Positions 7,661-15,255 of a DNA stretch of 41,305 nucleotides are shown in pieces (position 1 is the first letter of the stretch; the number at the start of each line of letters is the position of its first letter). The notes beneath the pieces are model-generated. The model searched no databases. It was not told the DNA's origin and worked only from the letters and a program-made list of their open reading frames with translations. The stretch comes from Thermoleophilaceae bacterium. Lineage in GTDB: Bacteria > Actinomycetota > Thermoleophilia > Solirubrobacterales > Thermoleophilaceae. The position numbers and the translations under genes were made by a program. The stretch lies in the NCBI GenBank assembly GCA_035572055.1, contig DATNBJ010000159.1, forward strand, positions 1-41,305, given 5' to 3'.

Positions 7661-8146
7661 ATGCGCTGCCTTCCGGCAGCCGCCGTCGTCTGCGCGCTGC
7701 TGATCGCCGCCTGCGGCCAGAGCGGGAAGAAGCAGACGACCACCACCGCTCAGCCCGCACCGAAGCCGCCGCCCGCGTCGGTGGCCGTCCGCAAGGGCGA
7801 CGAGAAGGTGATCCGCGGCTGGAACAAGGCCGAGAACGCGGGCGACTACAGGAAGGCGGCCACCTACTTCGCGAAGAACGCGATCGTGATCCAGAGCTAC
7901 ATCCTGCAGCTCCTGAACCGGCACCTGGCCGAGGAATGGAACTCAGGCCTGCCCTGCCGGGCGGACATCAGCTTCATCCGGGGGGAGGAGGCCACCACGC
8001 TGGTCGGGTTCGAGCTGCGCGAGGGCCGGAAGGGCGCGTGCAAGGAGGGCGGGACCGCGCAGGTGCGCTTCACGATCCGCGGTGGCCTGATCAGGCAGTG
8101 GAGGCAGCTCCCGGAGTCGGAGGCGGTCCCCTCTCCGGCGATCTAG
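7661..8146 (+). CDS. lipoprotein of unknown function
   Basis: Signal MRCLPAAAVVCALLIAAC with a lipobox, a Thr/Pro-rich linker, then a about 110-aa globular part. Confidence 0.7.
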   Translation: MRCLPAAAVVCALLIAACGQSGKKQTTTTAQPAPKPPPASVAVRKGDEKVIRGWNKAENAGDYRKAATYFAKNAIVIQSYILQLLNRHLAEEWNSGLPCRADISFIRGEEATTLVGFELREGRKGACKEGGTAQVRFTIRGGLIRQWRQLPESEAVPSPAI

Positions 8147-9032
8147 CCTCGATCCGCCGCCGCAGCTCTTCGCCCCGTCCCGCCGAGACCGCCCGGGCGG
8201 CGCGCCGCTCGTCGAGCTCGACTCCGCGGGCCGCCGCGAACTCGAGCAGTTCCTGCTTCTCCTCGCCCTCGGCGGCCGCGCGCATGAACAGCCAGCCGAA
8301 CAGGCAGATCGTGAGGATGCTCTGCTCGATCATCATCACCGCGCCGGCGACGCTCTGGTCGGTGAGCGCGCCGAGCCCGTGCTTGGCCTCGCCCGGCCCG
8401 TAGAAGCCGTAGAAGACGGTCCCCGACCAGATGAACACGTTGCCGAGCAGTGTGCCCAGCAGCCGGACCGCGACGATGTAGCCGAGCTTGGCGAAGTTGC
8501 CGAACCAGGCGGGCCTCGGCAGCGGGCCGAACAGCGGCATCCACATCAGCGAGCCGAAGAACAGGAACGAGACGTGCTGGACGGCGTGAACGAGCTCGTT
8601 GTCGTAGGCCGCCTGGTACATGAACGGGATGTGCCAGGTGTAGAAGTTGAGCGCCCAGAGCGACAGCGCCGGGATCGGGTTCGCCAGCGGCCGCAGGCGG
8701 TCGACCCAGTGGATGTGCAGGATCGGCTGGAGGACGGGGCCGGTGAGCCCGATCACGAGCAGCAACGCGGCGATGTCCCCGATCAGCAGGTGCTGCGTCA
8801 TGTGCATCGCGAAGACGTCATCGGCGATCGCGTCGAAGGGCGGGCTCAGCGCCGCGAGCAGCACCACGAGGCCGGCGGTGAAGCAGCCGAAGCGCACGCC
8901 GGGCACGGGGCGGCCCTGCTCGGCCAGCACCTGCATGCGGGTCCAGTAGCCGGCGAACGCCAGACACGCGAGGCTGATGCCCGCGAGCTGGAGCAGCACA
9001 CTGAGGGACCCTCCGTAGTGCGCGAGGGGCAT
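8091..9032 (-). CDS. ctaG: cytochrome c oxidase assembly factor, Caa3_CtaG-like membrane protein
   Basis: Polytopic membrane protein with the hallmark FAMHMTQHLLIGDIAALLLVIG segment and later HAVQHVSFLFFGSLMW. The 3' end overlaps the convergent lipoprotein gene by 56 nt. Confidence 0.8.
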   Translation of the reverse strand: MPLAHYGGSLSVLLQLAGISLACLAFAGYWTRMQVLAEQGRPVPGVRFGCFTAGLVVLLAALSPPFDAIADDVFAMHMTQHLLIGDIAALLLVIGLTGPVLQPILHIHWVDRLRPLANPIPALSLWALNFYTWHIPFMYQAAYDNELVHAVQHVSFLFFGSLMWMPLFGPLPRPAWFGNFAKLGYIVAVRLLGTLLGNVFIWSGTVFYGFYGPGEAKHGLGALTDQSVAGAVMMIEQSILTICLFGWLFMRAAAEGEEKQELLEFAAARGVELDERRAARAVSAGRGEELRRRIEARSPERGPPPTPGAASTA

Positions 9033-9042
9033 GTGCTGAAGG

Positions 9043-9339
9043 CTAGGACTTGGCGGCGGCTTGCGGCGCGGTCTCGCGCGCCCAGCGGATGATGGCTCGG
9101 GAGCCGTTCACGGTCGACCCGTCGGGCAGCCGCAGCACGGGCAGCTTCTCCTGCCCGCTCATCTCCTTCAGCTCCGGCCGCTTCCCGCTCGTGAACAGCC
9201 CGAATGGGCGGTTGCGGTCGAACACCTCGGTCTCGTACTGGTGGGCGTGCTTGCGCAGTGCCTGATGCGCCAAGCGGCACGGGTGCACCGGGGGCCCACC
9301 CTCGTTGAGGTGGCAGACGTAGAGCGTCAGCCCATCCAC
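9043..9339 (-). CDS. glutaredoxin / GST N-terminal-like thioredoxin-fold protein
   Basis: 98 aa with a GTG start. The pattern LYVC...HPC...ALRKHAHQYETEV...SGQEKLPVLRLPDGSTVNGSRAIIRWA is typical of the thioredoxin-fold GST_N/Grx-like family. Confidence 0.65.
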   Translation of the reverse strand: MDGLTLYVCHLNEGGPPVHPCRLAHQALRKHAHQYETEVFDRNRPFGLFTSGKRPELKEMSGQEKLPVLRLPDGSTVNGSRAIIRWARETAPQAAAKS

Positions 9340-9398
9340 CCCGCTGAGGCTACTCTAAGGGCCTCCCCCCGTTCGATCGCTTCAAGGAGGCGTTGAAA

Positions 9399-10166
9399 AT
9401 GCCAGGACTCGGCGGACGGATGTCCACAGTCGTCAAGGCGAAGATCTCCAAGCTTCTCGACCGCGCCGAGGACCCGGGCGAGACCCTCGATTACGGCTAC
9501 AACAAGCAGCTCGAGCTGCTTCAGAACGTAAAGAAGGGGATCGCGGACGTGGTCACGTCCAAGAAGCGCATCCAGATGCAGCAGGGCCAGCTCGAGCAGC
9601 AGGTGGTGAAGCTCGACACCCAGGCCCGCCAGGCGCTCGCCCAGAACCGAGAGGACCTCGCCCGCGCGGCGCTCGAGCGCAAGGCCGTGGTGCAGGGCGA
9701 GCTCCAGTCGCTCGACAGCCAGGTCGCCGAGCTCGAGAAGCAGCAGGAGTCGCTCACCGACAACGAGCAGAAGATGCGCGCCAAGATCGAGGCCTTCCGC
9801 ACCAAGAAGGAGGTCATCAAGGCTCAGTACTCGGCCGCCGAGGCGCAGGTGAAGATCTCCGAAGCCGCGAGCGGTGTCGGGGAGCAGATGGCCGATCTCG
9901 GCCTGGCGATGCAGCGGGCGGAGGACAAGACCGAGCAGATGCGCGCCCGCGCGAGCGCCGTCGAGGAGCTCGAGAAGGCCGGCACCTTCGACGACATCAC
10001 GCAGCTCGGCCCGCCGCAGGACGACATCGACCGCCAGCTCGCGGAGCTGAGCACGGGCTCGCAGGTGGACGACGAGCTGGCCAAGATGAAGGCCGAGCTC
10101 GGCCAGGGCGGCGGTGGCGGCGACGCGCCGGCGCTCGAGGAGGGCAGCAAGGAGCAGCAGGCATGA
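9399..10166 (+). CDS. pspA: PspA/IM30 family protein
   Basis: ATG 9399 is preceded by AAGGAGG (9384-9390). Long coiled-coil sequence KLLDRAEDPGETLDYGYNKQLELLQNVKKGIADVV...KAQYSAAEAQVKI is typical of PspA/Vipp1. Confidence 0.9.
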   Translation: MPGLGGRMSTVVKAKISKLLDRAEDPGETLDYGYNKQLELLQNVKKGIADVVTSKKRIQMQQGQLEQQVVKLDTQARQALAQNREDLARAALERKAVVQGELQSLDSQVAELEKQQESLTDNEQKMRAKIEAFRTKKEVIKAQYSAAEAQVKISEAASGVGEQMADLGLAMQRAEDKTEQMRARASAVEELEKAGTFDDITQLGPPQDDIDRQLAELSTGSQVDDELAKMKAELGQGGGGGDAPALEEGSKEQQA

Positions 10167-10441
10167 TCGTCCGCATCTCTGGGGAGGGGCAGTACGAGGT
10201 TCCGGACGACCAGGCGGAGCGCCTGAACGAACTCGACAACGAGGCGGTGGCCGCCGCCCAGTCGGGCGACGAGGCGAAGTTCAACGAGCTGTGGGGGCAG
10301 ATCCTGGCCCTCGTGACGAAGGAGTGCCGCCCGCTCGCCGACGACGAGCTCGTGGAATCCGACGTGATCCTGCCGCCGCGCGACGTGACCCTCGCGGAGG
10401 CAACCTCCGAGTTCACCGGAGAGGGCCTGATCCCGGACTGA
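10163..10441 (+). CDS. pspAA: PspA-associated protein PspAA
   Basis: ATGA overlap with the pspA stop. The product is 92 aa; MIVRISGEGQYEVPDDQAERLNELDNEAV...ILPPRDVTLAEA...GEGLIPD matches my recollection of the PspAA family. Confidence 0.8.
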   Translation: MIVRISGEGQYEVPDDQAERLNELDNEAVAAAQSGDEAKFNELWGQILALVTKECRPLADDELVESDVILPPRDVTLAEATSEFTGEGLIPD

Positions 10442-10475
10442 TCTGGACGCTTTCGGAAGGCCGGCCCGAGCGTCC

Positions 10476-10504
10476 TTGACACCCGGGTTACGTTGGAGTC
10501 ATAA
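10476..10504 (+). promoter_or_regulatory. candidate sigma-70-type promoter TTGACA-17 nt-TCATAA
   Basis: Consensus -35 TTGACA at 10476-10481, a 17-nt spacer, and TCATAA at 10499-10504. This is followed by AAGGAGG (10509-10515) and GTG 10521. Confidence 0.45.
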
Positions 10505-10520
10505 GCGCAAGGAGGACGCT

Positions 10521-10946
10521 GTGCATGACTTCGAGGCACCTGGAAGCCGACTGATCGCATGCCGCTACCCGACGGTGGACGTAGCCAAGTCCTCCTGGGA
10601 GAGGCTCTCTCACTATTTCGCCGCCCGTAAGGCGGGCGCCATCACCACGATGCGCTGCGTCGGCTCGAGCGATGCGGGCGATACCCACATCGTCGTGGCC
10701 GCCGGCTTCAGCGACAGGGACGCCGAGGTTCTGCGGCGCGCCCCCTGGGGCGAGGGCGCCGAACGCTGTGAGGAGGACATCCCCGAGCTGATCGCCAAGC
10801 GCCTGTACGCGCGCGCGGCGCGCAACGCCGCGGCGCTGGCCTCTGCCGGCCACCGCGGCACCTTCACCACCCGCCGCCCGGAGGGCGTGCGGCTCCGCTT
10901 CGACGCGTCGGGCGATTACGGGCCCGAGCAGCGTCCGCAGGGCTAG
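10521..10946 (+). CDS. hypothetical protein (141 aa), no recognisable domain
   Basis: In-frame GTG 10521 lies 5 nt after AAGGAGG. GC3 is moderately high, the protein is soluble-looking, and no motif is recognised. Its stop shares a CTAG with the convergent gene. Confidence 0.6.
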   Translation: MHDFEAPGSRLIACRYPTVDVAKSSWERLSHYFAARKAGAITTMRCVGSSDAGDTHIVVAAGFSDRDAEVLRRAPWGEGAERCEEDIPELIAKRLYARAARNAAALASAGHRGTFTTRRPEGVRLRFDASGDYGPEQRPQG

Positions 10947-11596
10947 CCGGAAGTCTGAACGTCGCTCGCCGCCGGACCGGTCGTGCCTGTCGGTGCCGGC
11001 GGCGAGCCGCTGGTCGGTGCCGGCGGGCGCAGGTTCGACTTGGGCGTCGAGTGAGTGGTGGTCTTCTTCTCCTGCGGCTTCGCCTTGGTCTTCTCGGGCG
11101 TTGCCGCGGGTTGCGAGGGCGCCTGGGCCATCGCCATCGGCACCTGCTGGCGGATCGTGCGGGTCCTCACCACGCGCTTGACCTCCAGCGGCCGCACGAC
11201 GCGGACCACACGGGTCACGTTCGTCACCTTCGCGGAGCCCGAATGGCCCACCGGGATGTGCGCGTGCAGGCCGGCACCGATCAGCACCAGCGGCACGGCC
11301 ATCGCGAAGCTCGCCACCGCCGCGCGGCGCCCCATCATCCGCCGCGGGCTCGGGTGCTCGAGGATGCCGCGCGCGGCCGCCACCTTCCGGGTGAGCCGCG
11401 CGCCCGGCTCGGTCGTCCACAGCGCCAGCTCGAGCGGAGTGAGCGCAACCAGCACGAGCTCGAACGTCAGCGTCCAGATCACGCCGCGACCCAGCCACGA
11501 CGTGACAGTGTCGGTTGGGAAGAACTGGGGCCACCACAGGAGCACAACGCCCGCCGAGAGGCCGCCCGCGAGAAGCTTTGAGCCGAGCTGCCGCAT
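10943..11596 (-). CDS. membrane protein with Pro/Thr-rich C-terminal tail, unknown function
   Basis: About 3 predicted TM segments (LLAGGLSAGVVLLWW, VIWTLTFELVLVALTPLELAL, AAVASFAMAVPLVLIGAGL), then a low-complexity tail. The start is ATG 11596 (the track ORF begins at TTG 11623). It lies downstream of pspAB on the same strand. Confidence 0.6.
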   Translation of the reverse strand: MRQLGSKLLAGGLSAGVVLLWWPQFFPTDTVTSWLGRGVIWTLTFELVLVALTPLELALWTTEPGARLTRKVAAARGILEHPSPRRMMGRRAAVASFAMAVPLVLIGAGLHAHIPVGHSGSAKVTNVTRVVRVVRPLEVKRVVRTRTIRQQVPMAMAQAPSQPAATPEKTKAKPQEKKTTTHSTPKSNLRPPAPTSGSPPAPTGTTGPAASDVQTSG

Positions 11597-11638
11597 ACCC
11601 TTGCCATCGGCAGCTCCTAACAAACCATTAGTACGCCG

Positions 11639-12205
11639 CTAGAGGGGTATCTCCCAGAGCGGGAACCAGCGCTCGAGCTCGGGCTCGATGGGCAGCTCGC
11701 CGCCGATCTGGGCCTTGAGCTGGAGCTCCCGCTCGTTGTTGCGCTGCTTGTCGCCGGTGGGCACGAACGGGTAGTAGGAGCCGCGCTTGAAGTTGTAGAT
11801 GAAGTAGATCGGCTTGCCGCCGTCCTCGAAGCTGAAGACCGCGGCGAGCAGGCGGTCGCCGTAGCCGCCGCCCTCGAGGTTGCTCGACACGACGTTGACC
11901 GCCACCACGAGGTCCTCGAACTGGTCGTCGTCGAGGATCACCCAGCGGTAGCCGTACTCGTCGTCCTTGGTGGACACCTTGGTGCCGGTGTCCTCGGCCG
12001 AGCTGCGGAGCAGCTCGTCGGTGTCCTTCACGATCTGCTCGAAGTCCGCCGTGGCGAGCGGCTGGAACACGATGCCCGCCAGCGTGCGGTGCTTCAGGTT
12101 GAGCGAGGTCTCGAGCGTGACCTGAGCGGTGCTCATCGCGAACAGGCGGTCGCGCGCTGGCTGCTTCACCTTGGTCCGGCCGAGGATCGAGTCGAGCAGG
12201 CCCAA
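11639..12205 (-). CDS. pspAB: PspA-associated protein PspAB
   Basis: 188 aa. MGLLDSILGR...LFAMSTAQVTLE...YGYRWVILDD...FIYNFKRGSYYPFVP...ELQLKAQIGGELPIEPELERWFPLWEIPL matches my recollection of the PspAB family. There is a 1-nt gap after htpX. Confidence 0.8.
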   Translation of the reverse strand: MGLLDSILGRTKVKQPARDRLFAMSTAQVTLETSLNLKHRTLAGIVFQPLATADFEQIVKDTDELLRSSAEDTGTKVSTKDDEYGYRWVILDDDQFEDLVVAVNVVSSNLEGGGYGDRLLAAVFSFEDGGKPIYFIYNFKRGSYYPFVPTGDKQRNNERELQLKAQIGGELPIEPELERWFPLWEIPL

Positions 12206-12206
12206 A

Positions 12207-13127
12207 TTACGCCGCGGCGGCGGTGCCCTGGAGCTGCTGCTCGTACTGCTGAAGGCGCTCGATGCGCTTCTCCATCGGCGGGTGGGTCATGAACAGCGTG
12301 CCCACGCTCTGCTTGACGCTCGTCGGGATGATGAAGAAGGCGTTCATCCGGCCCACCGCGCGAAGGTCCTGGTCGGGCACCCGCTGCATTGCGCTGTTCA
12401 GCTTCATGAGCGCCGACGAGAGCGCGCTCGGGCGACCGGTGATGATCGCCGCGCCGCGGTCGGCGCCGTACTCGCGGTAGCGCGAGAGGGCGAGCATCAG
12501 GAAGAACGAGATCACGTAGACGAGGAACGAGACCAGCAGCACGACCATGAACGGCACGTTGCCGTCGTCGTCGTTGCCACCGCGGCCGAAGCCGCCGCCG
12601 AAGAAGAAGCCGAACTGGGTGATCATCGCGGCGAGCGACGCGAAGAAGCTGGCGAGCGTCATCACCATCACGTCGCGGTTCTTCACGTGGGTGAGCTCGT
12701 GGGCCATGACGCCCTCGAGCTCGTGCGGCTCGAGGATGTTCATGATGCCGGTGGTGCAGCAGACAACCGCCGACTTGGGGCTCCGCCCCATGGCGAACGC
12801 GTTCGGCACCTTGTTATCGGCGATCGCGACCTTGGGCTTCGGCAGGTCGGCCTGGATGCAGAGCCGCTCGATCATCGCGTGTAGGCCCGGAGCCTCCTCC
12901 GGGCTGACCTCCTTCGCGCCCATCGCGGCGAGGCCGATCTTGTCCGAGAGGAAGAGCTGCGCCGCCAGCAGCGCGCCGATGACGACGACCATGATGCCCA
13001 CGCCCGCGCCGGCGGCGAAGAGCACGCCGACGAAGACGACGTAGAGAACACCAAGGAGGAAGAGGGTGAGGACCATCCGGAACTGGAGTCCCGGATCGCG
13101 TCCGAACTGATCACGTGGTCGAGCCAT
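12207..13127 (-). CDS. htpX: zinc metalloprotease HtpX (peptidase M48)
   Basis: HELTHVKNRD (HExxH), N-terminal TM hairpins, and C-terminal THPPMEKRIERL. Confidence 0.92.
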   Translation of the reverse strand: MARPRDQFGRDPGLQFRMVLTLFLLGVLYVVFVGVLFAAGAGVGIMVVVIGALLAAQLFLSDKIGLAAMGAKEVSPEEAPGLHAMIERLCIQADLPKPKVAIADNKVPNAFAMGRSPKSAVVCCTTGIMNILEPHELEGVMAHELTHVKNRDVMVMTLASFFASLAAMITQFGFFFGGGFGRGGNDDDGNVPFMVVLLVSFLVYVISFFLMLALSRYREYGADRGAAIITGRPSALSSALMKLNSAMQRVPDQDLRAVGRMNAFFIIPTSVKQSVGTLFMTHPPMEKRIERLQQYEQQLQGTAAAA

Positions 13128-13186
13128 GGTTCAAGTCTAGTTAGGGCTCTCCGAAGCCCGCGGAAGGCTTAGACGCCCTTAAATGT

Positions 13187-13603
13187 TTGACAGACGAGCG
13201 GGCACTCTTTAGCGTCAGGGACGTGGAGCTGAGGACTCTCGATCCGCACAGGGCGGACGTGCTCGCGTCGCTGTGCGAGATCATCGTGCCCGGCTCGGAG
13301 CGGGTCGCTCCGGTCGTCTACATCGACGCCGTGCTCGGCTTCATGCCGCCGCCCCAGCAGGAGGCCGTGAAGGCCTCGATCGACGCTCTCGAGCAGCCGC
13401 TGGCGGGCGGCGAGGAGGCGCTCAGGCCGGTGGCGCTCACGCCCGAGTTCCAGCTCGTGCGGGCGCTCTGCGTGGAGGCTTACTACAGCGATTTCGTCGC
13501 GCCCGGCGCGCCCGGGCCGGGGGCGTACGAGGAGATCGACTTCGCCTCGCCGTTGGCCATGCGCATCAAGAAGGACTGGTCCTACCTCGGGGTGGCCGGA
13601 TGA
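13187..13603 (+). CDS. gluconate 2-dehydrogenase subunit 3-like small subunit
   Basis: LDPHRADVLASLCEIIVPGSERVAPVVYIDAVLG... and VEAYYSDF resemble the subunit 3 family that partners GMC flavoproteins. The track start TTG 13187 is the TTG of a TTGACA box; an in-frame GTG at 13223 is an alternative start. Confidence 0.65.
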   Translation: MTDERALFSVRDVELRTLDPHRADVLASLCEIIVPGSERVAPVVYIDAVLGFMPPPQQEAVKASIDALEQPLAGGEEALRPVALTPEFQLVRALCVEAYYSDFVAPGAPGPGAYEEIDFASPLAMRIKKDWSYLGVAG

Positions 13604-15081
13604 GCGAGCGCTTCGACGTGATCGTGGTCGGATCGGGCGCCGGCGGCGGCGTGGTGGCGGGCGAGCTTGCCGAGCGCGGGCGCAAGGTGCTGCTGCTCGA
13701 GGCGGGCCCGCACCGCACGGCCGCCGACTTCACCCGCTGGGAGGCGCACGCCAGCCACGACATGTGGTTCCCGCCGCGCATGGCGCCGATCAACGGCGGC
13801 GCGGAGGGCATCGTGGCGATGTTCGGCGGGCGCTGCGTGGGCGGCACCACCACCATCAACACGAAGGTGGCGCTGCGGGCGAATGAGATGGACCACCGCA
13901 AGTGGCAGGAGGCGTCCGGGTGCAGCATCGGCCTGGACGACCTGGCGCCCTTCTACGAGCGGGTGGAGACGGCGCTCGGGGTGCGCGAGCGCAGCGACTG
14001 GACGCACACGGTCCACATGCTCCGGAAGGGCTTCCAGGCGGTGGGCGCCGACCTCGAGCCGGTGCACTCCTACACCGACGAGAACTGCATGAGGTGCGGG
14101 TCCTGCCTCCAGGGTTGCCCCACCAACGCCGGCAAGTCGACCCAGAACACCTACATCCATCGCGCGTGGGCGCGCGGGAAGCTCGAGCTGCGGGCCGAGT
14201 CGCCGGTCGAGCGGGTGCTGATCGAGGACCGCGGCGACGGGCTCGAGGCGACCGGCGTGGAGTACCGCGACGCGAGCGGCGAGCTGCAGCGCGCCGACGC
14301 CGGCGCGGTCGTGGTGGCCGCCGGCACGCTCAACACGCCACAGGTGCTTCTGAAGTCAGGCATCCGCGAGCTGTCTGGGGGCTCGGCGAGCAGCCGGCTT
14401 GTGGGCCGGAACCTCGGCTTCCACCCGTGCCGGCTGGTCTACGGCCTCTTCGACGAGCGCCAGGACGCGCACATGGTCTACCCGATCAGCTCGCACTGCA
14501 TGAAGTTCCAGAAGGACGAGGACGGCGGCTTCATCGTGGAGGCCGCGACGGTGCAGGACCCGATCGGCTTCGGCATCAGCCTGACCGACGAGAGCGGGCC
14601 GCTGTGGGGCCGGCCGCTCGTGGACGCCGTGCGCCAGTACCGCTACTGGACCGGAGTGCTGATGATGGTCAACGACGAGAACAACGGCACGGTCGAGGTG
14701 ACCGAGGACGGCGGCGAGGCCTTCGCGGCGGACTTCCAGCCGTCGGAGTTCGAGCGGCTCGAGAGCGCGCTCGAGTTCTCGAAGGACGTGCTGAACGCCG
14801 CGGGCGCGAAGCAGATCGCCTGGACCGGGATCGTCTCGACGCACGTGCAGGGAAGCTGCCGGATGGGCAGCGATCCGCAGCGCTCGGTGGTGAACGAGAA
14901 CGCCGAGTCGCACGACGTGAGGCGCCTGTTCGTGGGCGACGGCGCGGTGGTGCCGAGGACCCTCTCGGTGAACCCCTCGATGACGATCATGGCGCTCGCC
15001 ACGCGCCTCGCCGACCACATCGACGCCGACCCGAACGGCTATCTGGAGTCGCGGGCGGCGGGTGTGGCCGCGGGCGTCTGA
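13600..15081 (+). CDS. GMC family FAD-dependent oxidoreductase
   Basis: ATGA overlap with the upstream gene. FDVIVVGSGAGGGVVAGELAERGRKVLLLEAG Rossmann motif, and a C-terminal GSCRMG...VVNENAESHDVRRLFVGDGAVVP GMC signature. Confidence 0.9.
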   Translation: MSERFDVIVVGSGAGGGVVAGELAERGRKVLLLEAGPHRTAADFTRWEAHASHDMWFPPRMAPINGGAEGIVAMFGGRCVGGTTTINTKVALRANEMDHRKWQEASGCSIGLDDLAPFYERVETALGVRERSDWTHTVHMLRKGFQAVGADLEPVHSYTDENCMRCGSCLQGCPTNAGKSTQNTYIHRAWARGKLELRAESPVERVLIEDRGDGLEATGVEYRDASGELQRADAGAVVVAAGTLNTPQVLLKSGIRELSGGSASSRLVGRNLGFHPCRLVYGLFDERQDAHMVYPISSHCMKFQKDEDGGFIVEAATVQDPIGFGISLTDESGPLWGRPLVDAVRQYRYWTGVLMMVNDENNGTVEVTEDGGEAFAADFQPSEFERLESALEFSKDVLNAAGAKQIAWTGIVSTHVQGSCRMGSDPQRSVVNENAESHDVRRLFVGDGAVVPRTLSVNPSMTIMALATRLADHIDADPNGYLESRAAGVAAGV

Positions 15082-15124
15082 CGGACCCGCTGCAGGACTT
15101 CTTGCACCAGAAGGAGATCGGTGT

Positions 15125-15255
15125 CGCCCGCCTTGCGGCCGCTGACTCCTTTGGTAGAGTGGCCGCGTCCCAGAGGCTGATTTGCCTGCATTAAGCGCAA
15201 ATCGGGGACCCACAGACAGTTTTCGGGGCGTCAGGGTCGCGGGACGAGCTATGGA
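15125..15255 (+). promoter_or_regulatory. candidate structured 5' leader, possibly ydaO-type (c-di-AMP) riboswitch
   Basis: The 175-nt intergenic region upstream of the M23 peptidase has lowered GC. It contains AAUCGGGGACCCA plus later CGGGGCG and GACGAGCUA segments reminiscent of ydaO conserved blocks. A possible closing helix is CGUCCC (15166-15171) with GGGACG (15241-15246). No covariance model was run. Confidence 0.35.

Noticed and set aside
10447-10475. The hairpin GGACGCT...AGCGTCC after pspAA as an intrinsic terminator
   Set aside because: It has only a 7-bp stem, a 15-nt loop and no U-tract. It is too weak to call a terminator, so it is mentioned only as context for the downstream promoter.
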